Of a stretch of DNA of 64,000 nt, positions 30,956-42,195 are shown in pieces. The translations under genes and the position numbers were made by a program. Position 1 is the first letter of the stretch; each line of letters begins with the position of its first letter. Source of the stretch: a virus. Below the pieces are notes generated by a model. It was not told the origin of the DNA. It saw only the letters and a program-made list of their open reading frames with translations, and searched no databases. Where the stretch lies: IMG/VR virus record IMGVR_UViG_3300035698_018653, positions 62,907 through 126,906 of that record. One strand, given 5' to 3'.

Positions 30956-31408
30956 ATGGCTATACAGTTCGGGCAAGGTGTATTGGTTGGGTCAGGCCAG
31001 GAGTTTGGTTATCTTCAAGATGTAACGTTAGATTTTGAATTTGAAGATGCAGAACTTCACGCAGGTAACGGCTTATATCCCATTGATGTCAGAATCCATA
31101 GTGCCAGTATTTCTGGTAACGCAGGATTTGCTGATATTGATGTAGAAGCTTTCCAACATATTGTTGGGGGCACTAAGAGCGGTACTTCGCTTTTACTGAC
31201 CGGCACGTCACGTCCCAGTTATTTTCAGCTGGTGTTTACGTTGACTACTGACAGTATTAGTTTTATCGTAACACTGTATAGAGTCAAGTCAACTAAGTTG
31301 TCTATGGCTTTTAACAGAACAAATCACTTTATTCCCAATTTTGATTTTAAAGCGTATGCCAGATCAGATGGTAATGTCGGCATAATTGACTGTGGTGATG
31401 TAAGTTAA
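30956..31408 (+). CDS. Major tail (tube) protein
   Basis: AGGAGGTG RBS; FG.G...FG.LQDV.LDF...ELH....YP; position. Confidence 0.75.
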   Translation: MAIQFGQGVLVGSGQEFGYLQDVTLDFEFEDAELHAGNGLYPIDVRIHSASISGNAGFADIDVEAFQHIVGGTKSGTSLLLTGTSRPSYFQLVFTLTTDSISFIVTLYRVKSTKLSMAFNRTNHFIPNFDFKAYARSDGNVGIIDCGDVS

Positions 31409-31490
31409 TTTTTAATTTCATTTATTGTCTTTTGTAATTAAAAGTTAATTGACTTTGAAATGTTTGTAGAGACTATAAAGGAGAAATATT

Positions 31491-31871
31491 ATGAATAAGA
31501 AAGAAGATAAAGAAGTAGAGGAAAGACAAACAGCTGATGCAGCAATTGAAGAGATGAGCAAGCTTACCAATAAAGAAACAAGCGTTATTATTGGGGAAGA
31601 TGGAAAGGAATATAAATTAGCTCCTTGCACTATATCTCAAATTCCAAGGTTAATAAAATTGTCTAATGAGATTGATGGTGAGAAGCTGAATGAACATCCT
31701 GACCAAGCAGCGGATAATATGGCGGAAATAATTAAGATAGGATTGAAAAAAAATCATCCAAACTTAAAAATAAAATTTATAAAAGATAATTTTACTTTTA
31801 TGAATTTAGCAACTGTCATAAAGGAGATACTTAACCTCAATTCTTTTTACGAGATGATGGCAGGGAGGTGA
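31491..31871 (+). CDS. Tail assembly chaperone (G-like)
   Basis: Between tail tube and tape measure; TTCTTTTTAC near 3' end. Confidence 0.7.
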   Translation: MNKKEDKEVEERQTADAAIEEMSKLTNKETSVIIGEDGKEYKLAPCTISQIPRLIKLSNEIDGEKLNEHPDQAADNMAEIIKIGLKKNHPNLKIKFIKDNFTFMNLATVIKEILNLNSFYEMMAGR

Positions 31872-32317
31872 TAAGAAAAGACTCTAAGGGAATTAATACA
31901 AACAAAGGGACATTTACATGGAGTCAGATATTTGATTTTCTAGCAGAGAGATATAGTTGGACAATAGAGTATATTGCAAACTTAACCAATACTCAAGTTG
32001 TTCAGCTTATAGAAAAGGGTTTTCTTACTACTAAAAAACAAGAGAGGGATTATCAAAAAGAACATCAGCATGATAACCCAGATTATTCTAATGAGGAAAA
32101 GCCAACCGGAAAAATGAGAAAAGCTCAGATTAATTTACTTGAGATTGCAGGTAGTCTTAAGGCCAGAGAGAAGAGGGGTAAGAAAGAGATTAAGGGTGGC
32201 CCAATGACCGGTACAATAAATAAAGGTAACTTTGGGGAAAAATTTAATAAGAATAGAAAAGTAATTAAGAAATGGCAAGAGATAGCAAGAAAAAATAATC
32301 CTGACAAGGACTTATAA
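31868..32317 (+). CDS. Tail assembly chaperone (T-like), probably expressed by -1 frameshift
   Basis: -1 frame relative to upstream ORF; Y.WT.EYI..LT..Q motif. Confidence 0.65.
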   Translation: MIRKDSKGINTNKGTFTWSQIFDFLAERYSWTIEYIANLTNTQVVQLIEKGFLTTKKQERDYQKEHQHDNPDYSNEEKPTGKMRKAQINLLEIAGSLKAREKRGKKEIKGGPMTGTINKGNFGEKFNKNRKVIKKWQEIARKNNPDKDL

Positions 32318-32320
32318 ATT

Positions 32321-35008
32321 ATGGCTCTTGAAACAGATCGCATTATAACAAGAATTATTGCTGACGCTAAAGGATATACTGCCGGTATAAATAAGGCAGT
32401 ACGTGGAACTAAAAAGCTCGATAAAGATGTTAATAAGTTAAATGAATCTTTATTGAAGTTTGCGAAGATATCTGGACTTGCTGGTGCCGCTATTGCCGCC
32501 GGAGTTGGGGTTGGTGTTGCTATGTTTGCAAAGTTTGAAAGAAGTATGACAAATGTAGGAGCTGTACTTGGTCAGTCTTTTAGTCAGATGACAGAGCTTG
32601 CCGGGAAAGCGAGAGACTTAGGAAAAGCAACTGAGTTTACCGCAACTGAGGCTGGAGATGCTATGTACTTCTTAGCTTCTGCTGGTTTTGCAGTAAACGA
32701 TATTATGGATTCTGTTGATGCCACCCTTAAACTTGCTTCTGCAACTCAGTTTGATCTTGCCGAAACTACCAGAATAGTTGTTTCTAATATTAATGCTTTC
32801 GGTCTCGAAGCTTCCGATGCCGATAAAATAGCAAATGTATTTGCAGCTACTATCGCTGGCTCACAAGCAACTATGGAAAAGCTAGGAATAGCAATGGGAT
32901 TTTTAGCGCCTGTTGCAAATCAGCTGGGGATTTCTATAGAACAAACATCAGCTATGCTTGGAATACTTTTTAATAACGGCATAAGAGCGAGTACTGCTGG
33001 AACTCAGTTAAGGGCTGCTATGTCTAAGCTCCTTAAGCCTTCAAAAGAAGCGGTAGGAGTATTTAAGGATATGGGATTAACTATTGCAGAAATGAATCCC
33101 GAAAATGTTAGCTTTATTGATATTATAGGTAAGCTTGAAAAAGCTAATTTATCTGCTTCTCAGGCCGTTAAGATTTTTGGATTAAGAGCACAAACAGCTA
33201 TGACGATTCTTGCTAGAACAGGGCAAAGTGCCGTAGAGAACTTTACAAATAAAATAACCGGAACAAATAAAGCAGCGGAGGCAATGGGTATTCAGTTAGA
33301 TAGTTTGAAAGGAAGTTTCAATATTTTAAAGTCTGCTATTACTGAAGTATTTATTGCTATAGGAGAAGCAGTTGCACCTGCCTTTAGAAAGTTAATAGCT
33401 TTACTCACTGGATTGATGACAAAATTTAATGAGCTTCCTATTAATATGAAAAAATCTATTGTAGTTGCAACTGCAATAACGGGAGCAATCTTAGGGATAA
33501 CTGCCGTAGTGGCAGGGTTAATTGCAATTATGCCAATATTATTGGCTCATCTAACTGCATTTAATATTATGATGGGTGGAATTCCAATAATTATAGGTGC
33601 TGTAGTGGCAGGAATATTAGCATTAAGTGGAGTGTTCAAAAAGAAAACTAAAGCAATGCAAGATGACACAAAAGCAACAGAAGAGAACGTAAGAATAAAC
33701 GAAAGAGATACCGTAAATTTAATAAGATTAGCCGATAGTTATGATACACTTTCAAAAAAAGTAAATAAAACTGTTGATGAAAAATTAGAATTAAAAAGAG
33801 TAACTCAAGAACTCGCTAAAGAATATCCCGCCTTAGTGGATGAAATAAATGATGAAGGTGAAGCAAATAATTTATTGCTTCCTGATTTAAAAGAGATTGT
33901 TAAATTAAAAAAAGAACAACTTGAAATACAAAGGGAATTAACAAGAGATGAAGATAAGGAAGCCCTAGCTAGTCTAAGAAATAGGATAAAAACAACAGAG
34001 CAGGCTATAGATGGCTTTAATAAATCAAGAAAAGCAAAACAAACTGAAATGCAAGAAGCAAAGAAAGGAAACGATATTCTTTCTCAAGCTCTCGATGAGT
34101 TATCTGGTAAACAAGAGCAAATAGGATTTGAAGTTCAAGCTGAAATATTCTTAAGAGAAAGTCTTATTAAATTAAAAAAAGAAGAGGCAAGACTTGCTGA
34201 TATAATTGCCGGTAAAGAGCCCAAGGACGTAAGAAAAAAAACTTTCTTGGATGAAATGGGTGGAGTAAAAAGAGGGAAAGCGTTTCCGATAGAATCTGAA
34301 TTTATAGACATAACAGAAGAGATGGGAAGAAGAACTGGTGTTATAAAAAAGATTCATGAAATTACCAATAAGGAGTTAGAGGCAAATAATGCTGCAAGAA
34401 GAAAAAGAGAAAAAGAAGCTGAAAAAAAGAACCTAAAAGATTTGGAAAATCAGTATAAAAGCACTTACAGTCTTATAGGAAATATAGTTGGTGGCCCACT
34501 TGATGGACTTATAACAGATATGCTTGAAGCAACTAAAGCTGGTGAAGATATATGGAAAAGTTTTATGAATAATCTTAAAGGTCAAATAATAAGTTTTATT
34601 GCAAGCTCTGCTGTTAAAACTTTTATAGGAATTGCCGCCAATGCTTTTACTGGTGGTGGACTTTCTGCTGGAAAAATATTAATGGGCGCTCTTGGTTTTG
34701 CTAAAGGCGGTATAGTTGGTGCGGCCGGCGGAATACCTATGGCCGCTAATGGATTGATCACAAACCGCATGATACCCGCTATAATAGGTGAAGCTGGTCC
34801 AGAGGCGGTTATTCCCCTTGATAGGATTCAACCCCTCTTGACAGAGGCCATGAAGAACGCAAGTAGAAGTACAGACAATAGCAGAAAGGTAGAAATACAT
34901 ATAGAGAAAGCAATGGTTGACGATGAGGATTTCTGGGATCAGACATACAGAGAAAAAATAAGTCCTGCTATGAGTAAATTTGATAGACTAACAGGGGCAG
35001 ATAAATGA
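32321..35008 (+). CDS. Tape measure protein (TP901-type core)
   Basis: FE..M..V.A, TEFTA.EA...M.FLA.AG, AGT.LR; TM-like segment; C-terminal FAKGG..IGEAGPEAVIPL. Confidence 0.92.
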   Translation: MALETDRIITRIIADAKGYTAGINKAVRGTKKLDKDVNKLNESLLKFAKISGLAGAAIAAGVGVGVAMFAKFERSMTNVGAVLGQSFSQMTELAGKARDLGKATEFTATEAGDAMYFLASAGFAVNDIMDSVDATLKLASATQFDLAETTRIVVSNINAFGLEASDADKIANVFAATIAGSQATMEKLGIAMGFLAPVANQLGISIEQTSAMLGILFNNGIRASTAGTQLRAAMSKLLKPSKEAVGVFKDMGLTIAEMNPENVSFIDIIGKLEKANLSASQAVKIFGLRAQTAMTILARTGQSAVENFTNKITGTNKAAEAMGIQLDSLKGSFNILKSAITEVFIAIGEAVAPAFRKLIALLTGLMTKFNELPINMKKSIVVATAITGAILGITAVVAGLIAIMPILLAHLTAFNIMMGGIPIIIGAVVAGILALSGVFKKKTKAMQDDTKATEENVRINERDTVNLIRLADSYDTLSKKVNKTVDEKLELKRVTQELAKEYPALVDEINDEGEANNLLLPDLKEIVKLKKEQLEIQRELTRDEDKEALASLRNRIKTTEQAIDGFNKSRKAKQTEMQEAKKGNDILSQALDELSGKQEQIGFEVQAEIFLRESLIKLKKEEARLADIIAGKEPKDVRKKTFLDEMGGVKRGKAFPIESEFIDITEEMGRRTGVIKKIHEITNKELEANNAARRKREKEAEKKNLKDLENQYKSTYSLIGNIVGGPLDGLITDMLEATKAGEDIWKSFMNNLKGQIISFIASSAVKTFIGIAANAFTGGGLSAGKILMGALGFAKGGIVGAAGGIPMAANGLITNRMIPAIIGEAGPEAVIPLDRIQPLLTEAMKNASRSTDNSRKVEIHIEKAMVDDEDFWDQTYREKISPAMSKFDRLTGADK

Positions 35009-35508
35009 ACATAGAAAAAGTAATGAGAAGTGGGGTTTTATTCTTTACTAAAAATAACCGTTCATTTTTCGCATGGATTATTCGACGTATAGAGGGTTCC
35101 AGTTGCAACCACGTTGCAGGTGTATGTTACCATAAGAGGCAATGGGTAGCTGTAGAGATGTTGGCTTTTGGAATTTCCGTTAAGCCCCTTAAAACCTGGG
35201 TACGCAAAAATAGAAAAAAAATAGTTGAAGTAAAAATACATAAAGATATGAATATGACAAAAGGAAAAGAATTAGATAAATATATTTCAAGCAAAATAAA
35301 AGGTAATATTAAATATGATTATGCTGGGCTTTTTGGATTTTTACATGACAAATTCACTAGAATTAATAATCCCAAAAGATATTTTTGTTCGGAGTTATGG
35401 GCTGAGGGCTTAAAAAAAATTGGCACATTACTAATATCTAAAAAGGAATTAAGAGTTGTTTCTCCTCAAGATTTAAATAAAAAAAATTGCCTTATAAATG
35501 TTTTATAA
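35005..35508 (+). CDS. Permuted papain-like (YiiX/YebB, NlpC/P60 superfamily) enzyme
   Basis: NHVA near N-terminus, YDY and FCSEL near C-terminus. Confidence 0.75.
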   Translation: MNIEKVMRSGVLFFTKNNRSFFAWIIRRIEGSSCNHVAGVCYHKRQWVAVEMLAFGISVKPLKTWVRKNRKKIVEVKIHKDMNMTKGKELDKYISSKIKGNIKYDYAGLFGFLHDKFTRINNPKRYFCSELWAEGLKKIGTLLISKKELRVVSPQDLNKKNCLINVL

Positions 35509-35533
35509 GAATATAAAAAAGGAAGTATTATAA

Positions 35534-36604
35534 ATGACAATGAAGGGAAAACATCATTCAGAAGAAACAAAAAGAAAAATGTCTAAAACCAAGAAAGACA
35601 ACCCTCCCTTTATGAAAGGGAAACACCATACAGAAGAATCTAATGAAAAAAATAGACAAGCACATTTAGGTAAAAAACTAACAGAAGAGCATAAAAGAAA
35701 AATAGGTAAAGGCTTAGAGGGGCATTCTGTCTCTAAGGAAAGTGCTGAAAAAACATTAAAAACAAGAAGAGAAAGAAACGACAATTGGCATACCGAAGAA
35801 ACAAAAGAAAAAATAAGTAATGGTGTTATTGAGTATTTTGCTAATGGCGGAAAATCATCAATGGAAGGTAAATGCCATTCTGAAGAATCTAGAAAGAAAA
35901 TGAGTAAATCACATTCGGGTAAAAAAGATTCTCCAGAAACTATTGAAAAAAAGAGAATTGCCTCTACTGGTAGAAAGTGTTCTGAAGAAACAAAAAAGAA
36001 GTTAAGTGTACTAGCCAAAGAAAGGGGTGTTCCTGAAAAATCATTAAACGCACTTATTCAAAGCAGTAAAGACAGAAAAGTAAGAGGGCCACATTCAGAA
36101 GAAACTAAAAATAAAATAGGAAAAGCAAATGAGGGAAAAGTAAGGAGTGAAGAATTTAAAAAACATTTAAGTAAGGTTCAAAAAGGTAGAAAACGATCTA
36201 AAGAATGGTGTGAAAATTTATCTAAAAGAGCAATGGGAAATAAATATGCAGAGGGAAAAACTATTGGTTCTGATAATGGAAATTGGAGTGGTGGTACTTC
36301 TTATTTTCCGTATCCAATAACTTTTAATAAGAACTTAAAGCTAGAAATAAAGAAGAGAGATAATTATACCTGCGCTATATGTGGTAAAAGAAGAATAGGT
36401 AAGCACATTGCTATTCACCATATAGATTATAATAAAAACAATTCTTGTGTTGAAAACCTAATTAGTTTATGTCATAATATAGATAATTGTCATAACAAAA
36501 CAAATAATAAAAACAATAGAGAACATTGGATTGCTTTTTTTGAATCTATAATGTTTGAAAAATATTTTAAAGAAATTAAAAAGAAAAAAATATTAATACT
36601 ATAG
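35534..36604 (+). CDS. Free-standing homing endonuclease, NUMOD3 repeats + HNH
   Basis: Repeated GK.HSEET..K.S; RDNYTCAICG, IHHIDY, NLISLC..CHNK. Confidence 0.9.
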   Translation: MTMKGKHHSEETKRKMSKTKKDNPPFMKGKHHTEESNEKNRQAHLGKKLTEEHKRKIGKGLEGHSVSKESAEKTLKTRRERNDNWHTEETKEKISNGVIEYFANGGKSSMEGKCHSEESRKKMSKSHSGKKDSPETIEKKRIASTGRKCSEETKKKLSVLAKERGVPEKSLNALIQSSKDRKVRGPHSEETKNKIGKANEGKVRSEEFKKHLSKVQKGRKRSKEWCENLSKRAMGNKYAEGKTIGSDNGNWSGGTSYFPYPITFNKNLKLEIKKRDNYTCAICGKRRIGKHIAIHHIDYNKNNSCVENLISLCHNIDNCHNKTNNKNNREHWIAFFESIMFEKYFKEIKKKKILIL

Positions 36605-36612
36605 GAATTTAT

Positions 36613-39600
36613 ATGAAAAGTATTCCAAGTCCTCAAACAGAAAAGGAACTTTCCAACACAGTAAATCTGGGATTTGTCGTGACTCTGATATTAAGAAGAG
36701 AAGCAGAAGCGGGATTATGGGAAGGTCTTGAGGCTACCTCTGGCGAAGTTCAGTTTGGCAAGACAACGTATTTTGTAGAGCTTAACCAAACAGACATAAT
36801 TGATATGGGGACATTAAACGAACAGACCGAAAGTGATTTAGCAGTTTTGGTAGCGTCCGATATAAATATAAAGACGGAAGAAGATCATTTATATGACGAT
36901 ACTGAACCGAATAAAGAGAAGCCCAGAAAGATATTTCAAAACCTTACGAAAGATACCAGGATCACCGCTATACTGCTTATAAATACACGCAGGAGCTTCG
37001 GTGACTATATTTCTACTATCGAGGGAAAGGTGGATATAGAAAGAATACAGAGAGACGCAAAAACCAGAGAGGTGTCTTTTTCTATTTTTGGATTTAATGT
37101 AATCGCAAATGATATGCCCGCTGAGTATATATCAAATTTAAGAATCAATAATAACAACTCAAATACTCTTGCAAATATTCCAGGAATAAATAATATAGAT
37201 ACAACTAATTGGGTTGATGAAAAAGTATCTAATGTAGCATTTGCTAAAGGCGAAGGAATAATTCCAGACAGCTTAAGAATAGATAATGGTGATCCCGTTG
37301 CGATAACTGCTGACGCAACTAATATTAAATTGTTTGATCAATTCTTTCAGCAGTTTATCGAAGTCGATATACAATTTGCAATACTCCCTACAGAGGACAA
37401 AGAAAATAGTATAATCTTTATAACTAAGCACCCCCATGCCGGTAGGCATTTTGATTCTGATTATCCAGACAGACCAGTTGACCCAGATACAACGACCACC
37501 GGCGCTGAGATGAGATTTTCAACATGGTTCCAAGATTTAAAGTATAAAGAGTTAGTGGAAAAATGTTTTGACGCACTTGGGCTTGACCTAAATAATAGTG
37601 TAGTTGATGAAGACGAAATGGTATATCACGGGTCTGTTTTTGAAAACGATAAAGCACCCTTCCCGGTTGTTAGACCACCTAGAGATGGAACACAACAAGA
37701 GGCAAGTTCATTGGTTATTGATCCTGATTTAGGAATTTCTTATTATGGAATAGGAAATAAAATTTATTCATCCATTAATGACGGCTATGATTATACATTA
37801 ATAAAAGAATTAACTTATGATGGAGAAAGCTCCAGTGATGCAGGTGAAGGTTTGATAATGGGAGCCACTAATGGTTATGGGAATATTATTAATATGTATT
37901 TCTATAAAGCGAGTAATAATAAAAAATATCTTGTAGGTATTCAAAGCAGAAGGTTTTATTCTGAGACATATAAGGATTTCGATACAGGCGGTGTTGTTTT
38001 TGTATATAATATAACAGATAATAATTTATTTGAACTCTCTGCCCCAAATGCTTATAAGGGATTTTTTGTAAGTAGAAGAAATGGTCAAAAGTGGTATGAC
38101 AACCATTGGGGAACATCGTTTGATAACGGACAACAGCAAAAATTTAAATGTTTTGTAAACTCAACAGAAGGTAAATTTGTATGGTGGGAATATCCCGTAA
38201 ATGAAAGTTTAGGGTTTTCCGATATGCTAAAGGATAATAGAGCGAGTTCAGAAAACGTAATGGGTGGTTGGTTTAGAAAATTAGACTTAACATCCCTTAA
38301 TTCTAACATAGAATTTTTAGATGAAATTAATGGATATTTAATTCATCCTTCAAGATATTTTCATCCAAATTGGAATAACGGTAAAAACTTTTGTTATTGT
38401 CATTCGTTTGATAAAGATGTAACATCTTATAATAGATTAACTTCTTTAACTGGATTTCAATTCTTACAAGATATTTATTTTGATGATGACGCTCAAAAAA
38501 TATATTTATCTTTTGTAGTAAGCGAACATTATAATGCTCAGAGTGGAGTAACAGAAAAACCATTCGCAAAAGATGTTACTTACGGAGAAGTTTATGTTTG
38601 GGATTATGGAACATCTTCTGGAAATACCGAAAACATAAAGTGTATTTTAAGAATAGATTTTAGTGAAAACCATTATTATGGTTGGCCTGACGGTATACCA
38701 AACCCTACCGTTCTATCATTACGTGATAATATAAAATTAATAAATAGAGGTTTAATTTTTAATAAAATAAAAGTTATTACATTAGACGATGGACAAAAGG
38801 GTCTTTTATTTTTTGCTCAAAGATTATATCCAGACTCTTCTCCCGCTATAGTTGATGGGGAAACTACCTGGATACAAGACGGAGAGACAGAAGAGGTAAA
38901 ATTAACAAATGGATATATTGGATTTTTACCATTTAAAGAAGATAACGAAGCGTTAAGATCAGAGCATATAGATGGAAGTGGCGAAGGAAATATACAGGGT
39001 GGAGAAAATGAATTTGGAATTTATAAAAATGTTTATATTGTAGATGGCGCAAATGTAAATAAAATAAATGTAACCGATAATAGAATATTAAAAAACTTTA
39101 TTAAATATATAGAAACAGATCATGCAGATAATCCAGCTTATAAAAATTTAATTGTAAATGAAGATATTGATTTTATGAAAAATAAATTTAGAGATATAAT
39201 TTTTGTAAATGAATATCCATTTTTAAATTCGTTAAGTAGCGATAATGAATACGGCGCAAGAGTTAGCGAAATGAGAATAAGTCAAAAGATGCCTTCTGCC
39301 GAAACTTTATTCAATGAAGAGTTTAGAGATGGAAATATTTTTAGATGGTTAGATATAGAAGAAAACCCCAAGTTAAATTTTTTACTTAAATCTGAAATAC
39401 ATCACAGGTTTGAAAAAGAAACAAATACAGTTGGACTTTGGAGAATGGCAAATATAGATGGAAATTTTGCTAGTGGAATAAAAAGTGAAATATCCCCAAT
39501 GTTTAATTTATATGAGGACGCTGCGCTAAATAGAAATAGTTATTTTGGAATAGGATTAAAAACTGAATTTAATGCTTGGCAGTCATGTTCTGGTATAAAT

Positions 39601-42195
39601 CCTGACGATATTTATGCAAGAATTTTTGAAAATAATTCTATTACCGTTGAAATGTGGTATAATTTTAAAGCACAAGACGCAGTAAGGGAATATACATTAT
39701 TGATGATAGGTGGAAATACATTTACTTCTGATAATGCTGTACGAATTTATATTGATACAAATGATAATAAATTAAGATTATCTGTAACTCATGATGATGG
39801 TTTTGTTTCGAGCGTAAGATCTTCACAAGCGATAGTGGTAGGAACAGATTATCTTCTTTCTTTTCATTATAGTAATTTTGGCGACATGAGAATATTAATA
39901 AACGGAGTAGATGTTTCTGAAAATAGAACATATTATCCAACAAAAAATTTAAAATATCAAGATTTATGGAATATTCTTTTAAATTCAAATAATAGTAGTG
40001 CATTGCCTAGCGGAGAAAATATAATAAAAGCAATTTTTTCGGGGCTAAGAATTTCAAATACAAATAAAACAACGTCTGAAATTCTTAATTATTATAACTC
40101 CGCAACTATTGAAGATAGTTCAGTAAATGAATTAGATTTAACCTATAATTCAACCGCCGCTTTAAATAGATATCCTCAGGGGATATACAAGAGCGCTTTA
40201 ATATTTGCAAATAATTATGCTACCATTAATGGTAGTTCAAAATTAAACCCTCAAGATAAAATTTCCGTAATGGGATTCTTTATAAAAAGAACAACTGTTG
40301 GAATAACAGAAACAATTTGTACGCAGGCAAATGGATTAAGGCCAGGCAACAGGGAATATTATATATTTATTGATGCGGTAAATCAAGTTAGGTTTATATG
40401 TTATAATACTTTAGGTGGAAATGCCACTATAACAAGTGACAGAACAATTACTGCTGACGGGAATTGGCATTTTGTTATGTTTGTATTTGTTCCAAATAAT
40501 TTTGTATATTTATATATTGATGGCGTTCTTTCCGGTACTTCAGGGGCATATGTTGATACAAGATATTTTTCTGATTCTGATTTTTATTTAGGTGCAAGAT
40601 GGGGCGCTTTTACTTTAATTCAAAATTCTTATATGGATGGATTCTTTATTTTAAAAGATTTAGATACTGCCTGGGATGCAACAGAAGCATTAAATATTTA
40701 TAGAATGGGAGTAAGAAAATATATAGCAGAAGAAAATAATGATTATTATTTTTATGATTCTTTAAATCGTTATGCTCTTACACTTCCTTATCCAGATTCA
40801 GTTGATAAAATAATTACCATTCCTGAAAATACAAATTATATAAGTATAAATTTAAAAATTGGATATGGTATTTCTCATTATACTCCACCTGATTTACAAT
40901 ATAAAGAAACTGCTTTAGCAATAAGTGCACTTCTTTATGATGGAAACAATAATGAAATAGCAGGGGCAGCAATTAAAAATAATAAAACACATGGAACTAT
41001 AGGACACTTATTAAATGGTGAATGGAAATATACAGATAATACTTTTAAAAATGCAAACAGTGGAATAGCGCCAAATCTAATAGGAATATATGGTCAAAAA
41101 TTTAATAAGTGGTGTAACGTAACATTAACAATTGATTTAAATAATAAAACATACTCTATTAAAGGTGGTTTATCTTCCGAATTATATAGAAAACATAACC
41201 CCTATATAGACAACGAAGGTCAAGATTATGTAAGTGGATTATTTAAATTTGAAAATATTTCTATTCCGGCTGGAAGTATTTTAGATGCGGGGAGTACAAT
41301 TAGGCTAAATATAGAGCAACATATTCCAGATATAGCAGCCCCCCCGGTGTATAGTTTACAGTATAGAAATAAAGTTAAAATAGGTGGAATAGATATTGTT
41401 GCAATTAAAAATACAAATTTAGACACTTTACCAAATACGGAAGGTGAATGTTCTGAAAGTAATCTTGTTTTAAAAATTGTAGACGATACAAAAACTTGGG
41501 TTGAAAATCAATGGCAAAATTATTTAGTGGTAATAACTCAAGGAACAGGCATTAAACAAATGCGTAAAATTATCTCTAATACTATTACTGAATTAATTAT
41601 AAGTAATGGAAGTGATAGTTTTCAATGGGACACAGCGCTTGATATAACATCTAATTATCAAATAAAGACTTCCGATATAAAAGTTCCTTATACTACAATT
41701 AAGGGTGGAGAAAGAAAACTTTCTAATTCGCTAGTTGTTAATAACAGACCTGACTTAGAGAACTCTGAATATATAGAAATTGTAGATAGTTACGGAACAG
41801 ATGGAACTGGATTTTATATTGAGGTAGCCGGGGTAGCCTGGGGGACAAATGACTTGAAAGGATATGCCGCAGTAGTCTACAAGGGCTTTGGTCTTGGTAG
41901 CTGGAGCACTATCCTTTCAAATACAAGTAATAGAATTTATTTAAATGAAAGTTTAAGTCTTGATGAGACAAGCGAGATATATATAAAAAGAATAAAAGAT
42001 AAAACAATTGGAAGTACGGTATCATCTGCAGATGTAGTATTTTGGTATGATGACAGTATACCTTTTACTATCGTAAATGCAAACTTTGAAGGAATGAATG
42101 TTGGTCAGCTTCTTAATGCATCAGCTATGAATACGATTAAAACGATTAGGTTTTCGCCGAGTCCCAGTGCGTGGGGCAGCGAGGCACACGAATAA
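36613..42195 (+). CDS. Large tail-tip/hub-like protein with internal LamG-like domains
   Basis: 1860 aa downstream of TMP; ITVEMW and GNWHFV..YIDG LamG-like motifs; two W..N...V.I..G.G repeats. Confidence 0.75.
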   Translation: MKSIPSPQTEKELSNTVNLGFVVTLILRREAEAGLWEGLEATSGEVQFGKTTYFVELNQTDIIDMGTLNEQTESDLAVLVASDINIKTEEDHLYDDTEPNKEKPRKIFQNLTKDTRITAILLINTRRSFGDYISTIEGKVDIERIQRDAKTREVSFSIFGFNVIANDMPAEYISNLRINNNNSNTLANIPGINNIDTTNWVDEKVSNVAFAKGEGIIPDSLRIDNGDPVAITADATNIKLFDQFFQQFIEVDIQFAILPTEDKENSIIFITKHPHAGRHFDSDYPDRPVDPDTTTTGAEMRFSTWFQDLKYKELVEKCFDALGLDLNNSVVDEDEMVYHGSVFENDKAPFPVVRPPRDGTQQEASSLVIDPDLGISYYGIGNKIYSSINDGYDYTLIKELTYDGESSSDAGEGLIMGATNGYGNIINMYFYKASNNKKYLVGIQSRRFYSETYKDFDTGGVVFVYNITDNNLFELSAPNAYKGFFVSRRNGQKWYDNHWGTSFDNGQQQKFKCFVNSTEGKFVWWEYPVNESLGFSDMLKDNRASSENVMGGWFRKLDLTSLNSNIEFLDEINGYLIHPSRYFHPNWNNGKNFCYCHSFDKDVTSYNRLTSLTGFQFLQDIYFDDDAQKIYLSFVVSEHYNAQSGVTEKPFAKDVTYGEVYVWDYGTSSGNTENIKCILRIDFSENHYYGWPDGIPNPTVLSLRDNIKLINRGLIFNKIKVITLDDGQKGLLFFAQRLYPDSSPAIVDGETTWIQDGETEEVKLTNGYIGFLPFKEDNEALRSEHIDGSGEGNIQGGENEFGIYKNVYIVDGANVNKINVTDNRILKNFIKYIETDHADNPAYKNLIVNEDIDFMKNKFRDIIFVNEYPFLNSLSSDNEYGARVSEMRISQKMPSAETLFNEEFRDGNIFRWLDIEENPKLNFLLKSEIHHRFEKETNTVGLWRMANIDGNFASGIKSEISPMFNLYEDAALNRNSYFGIGLKTEFNAWQSCSGINPDDIYARIFENNSITVEMWYNFKAQDAVREYTLLMIGGNTFTSDNAVRIYIDTNDNKLRLSVTHDDGFVSSVRSSQAIVVGTDYLLSFHYSNFGDMRILINGVDVSENRTYYPTKNLKYQDLWNILLNSNNSSALPSGENIIKAIFSGLRISNTNKTTSEILNYYNSATIEDSSVNELDLTYNSTAALNRYPQGIYKSALIFANNYATINGSSKLNPQDKISVMGFFIKRTTVGITETICTQANGLRPGNREYYIFIDAVNQVRFICYNTLGGNATITSDRTITADGNWHFVMFVFVPNNFVYLYIDGVLSGTSGAYVDTRYFSDSDFYLGARWGAFTLIQNSYMDGFFILKDLDTAWDATEALNIYRMGVRKYIAEENNDYYFYDSLNRYALTLPYPDSVDKIITIPENTNYISINLKIGYGISHYTPPDLQYKETALAISALLYDGNNNEIAGAAIKNNKTHGTIGHLLNGEWKYTDNTFKNANSGIAPNLIGIYGQKFNKWCNVTLTIDLNNKTYSIKGGLSSELYRKHNPYIDNEGQDYVSGLFKFENISIPAGSILDAGSTIRLNIEQHIPDIAAPPVYSLQYRNKVKIGGIDIVAIKNTNLDTLPNTEGECSESNLVLKIVDDTKTWVENQWQNYLVVITQGTGIKQMRKIISNTITELIISNGSDSFQWDTALDITSNYQIKTSDIKVPYTTIKGGERKLSNSLVVNNRPDLENSEYIEIVDSYGTDGTGFYIEVAGVAWGTNDLKGYAAVVYKGFGLGSWSTILSNTSNRIYLNESLSLDETSEIYIKRIKDKTIGSTVSSADVVFWYDDSIPFTIVNANFEGMNVGQLLNASAMNTIKTIRFSPSPSAWGSEAHE

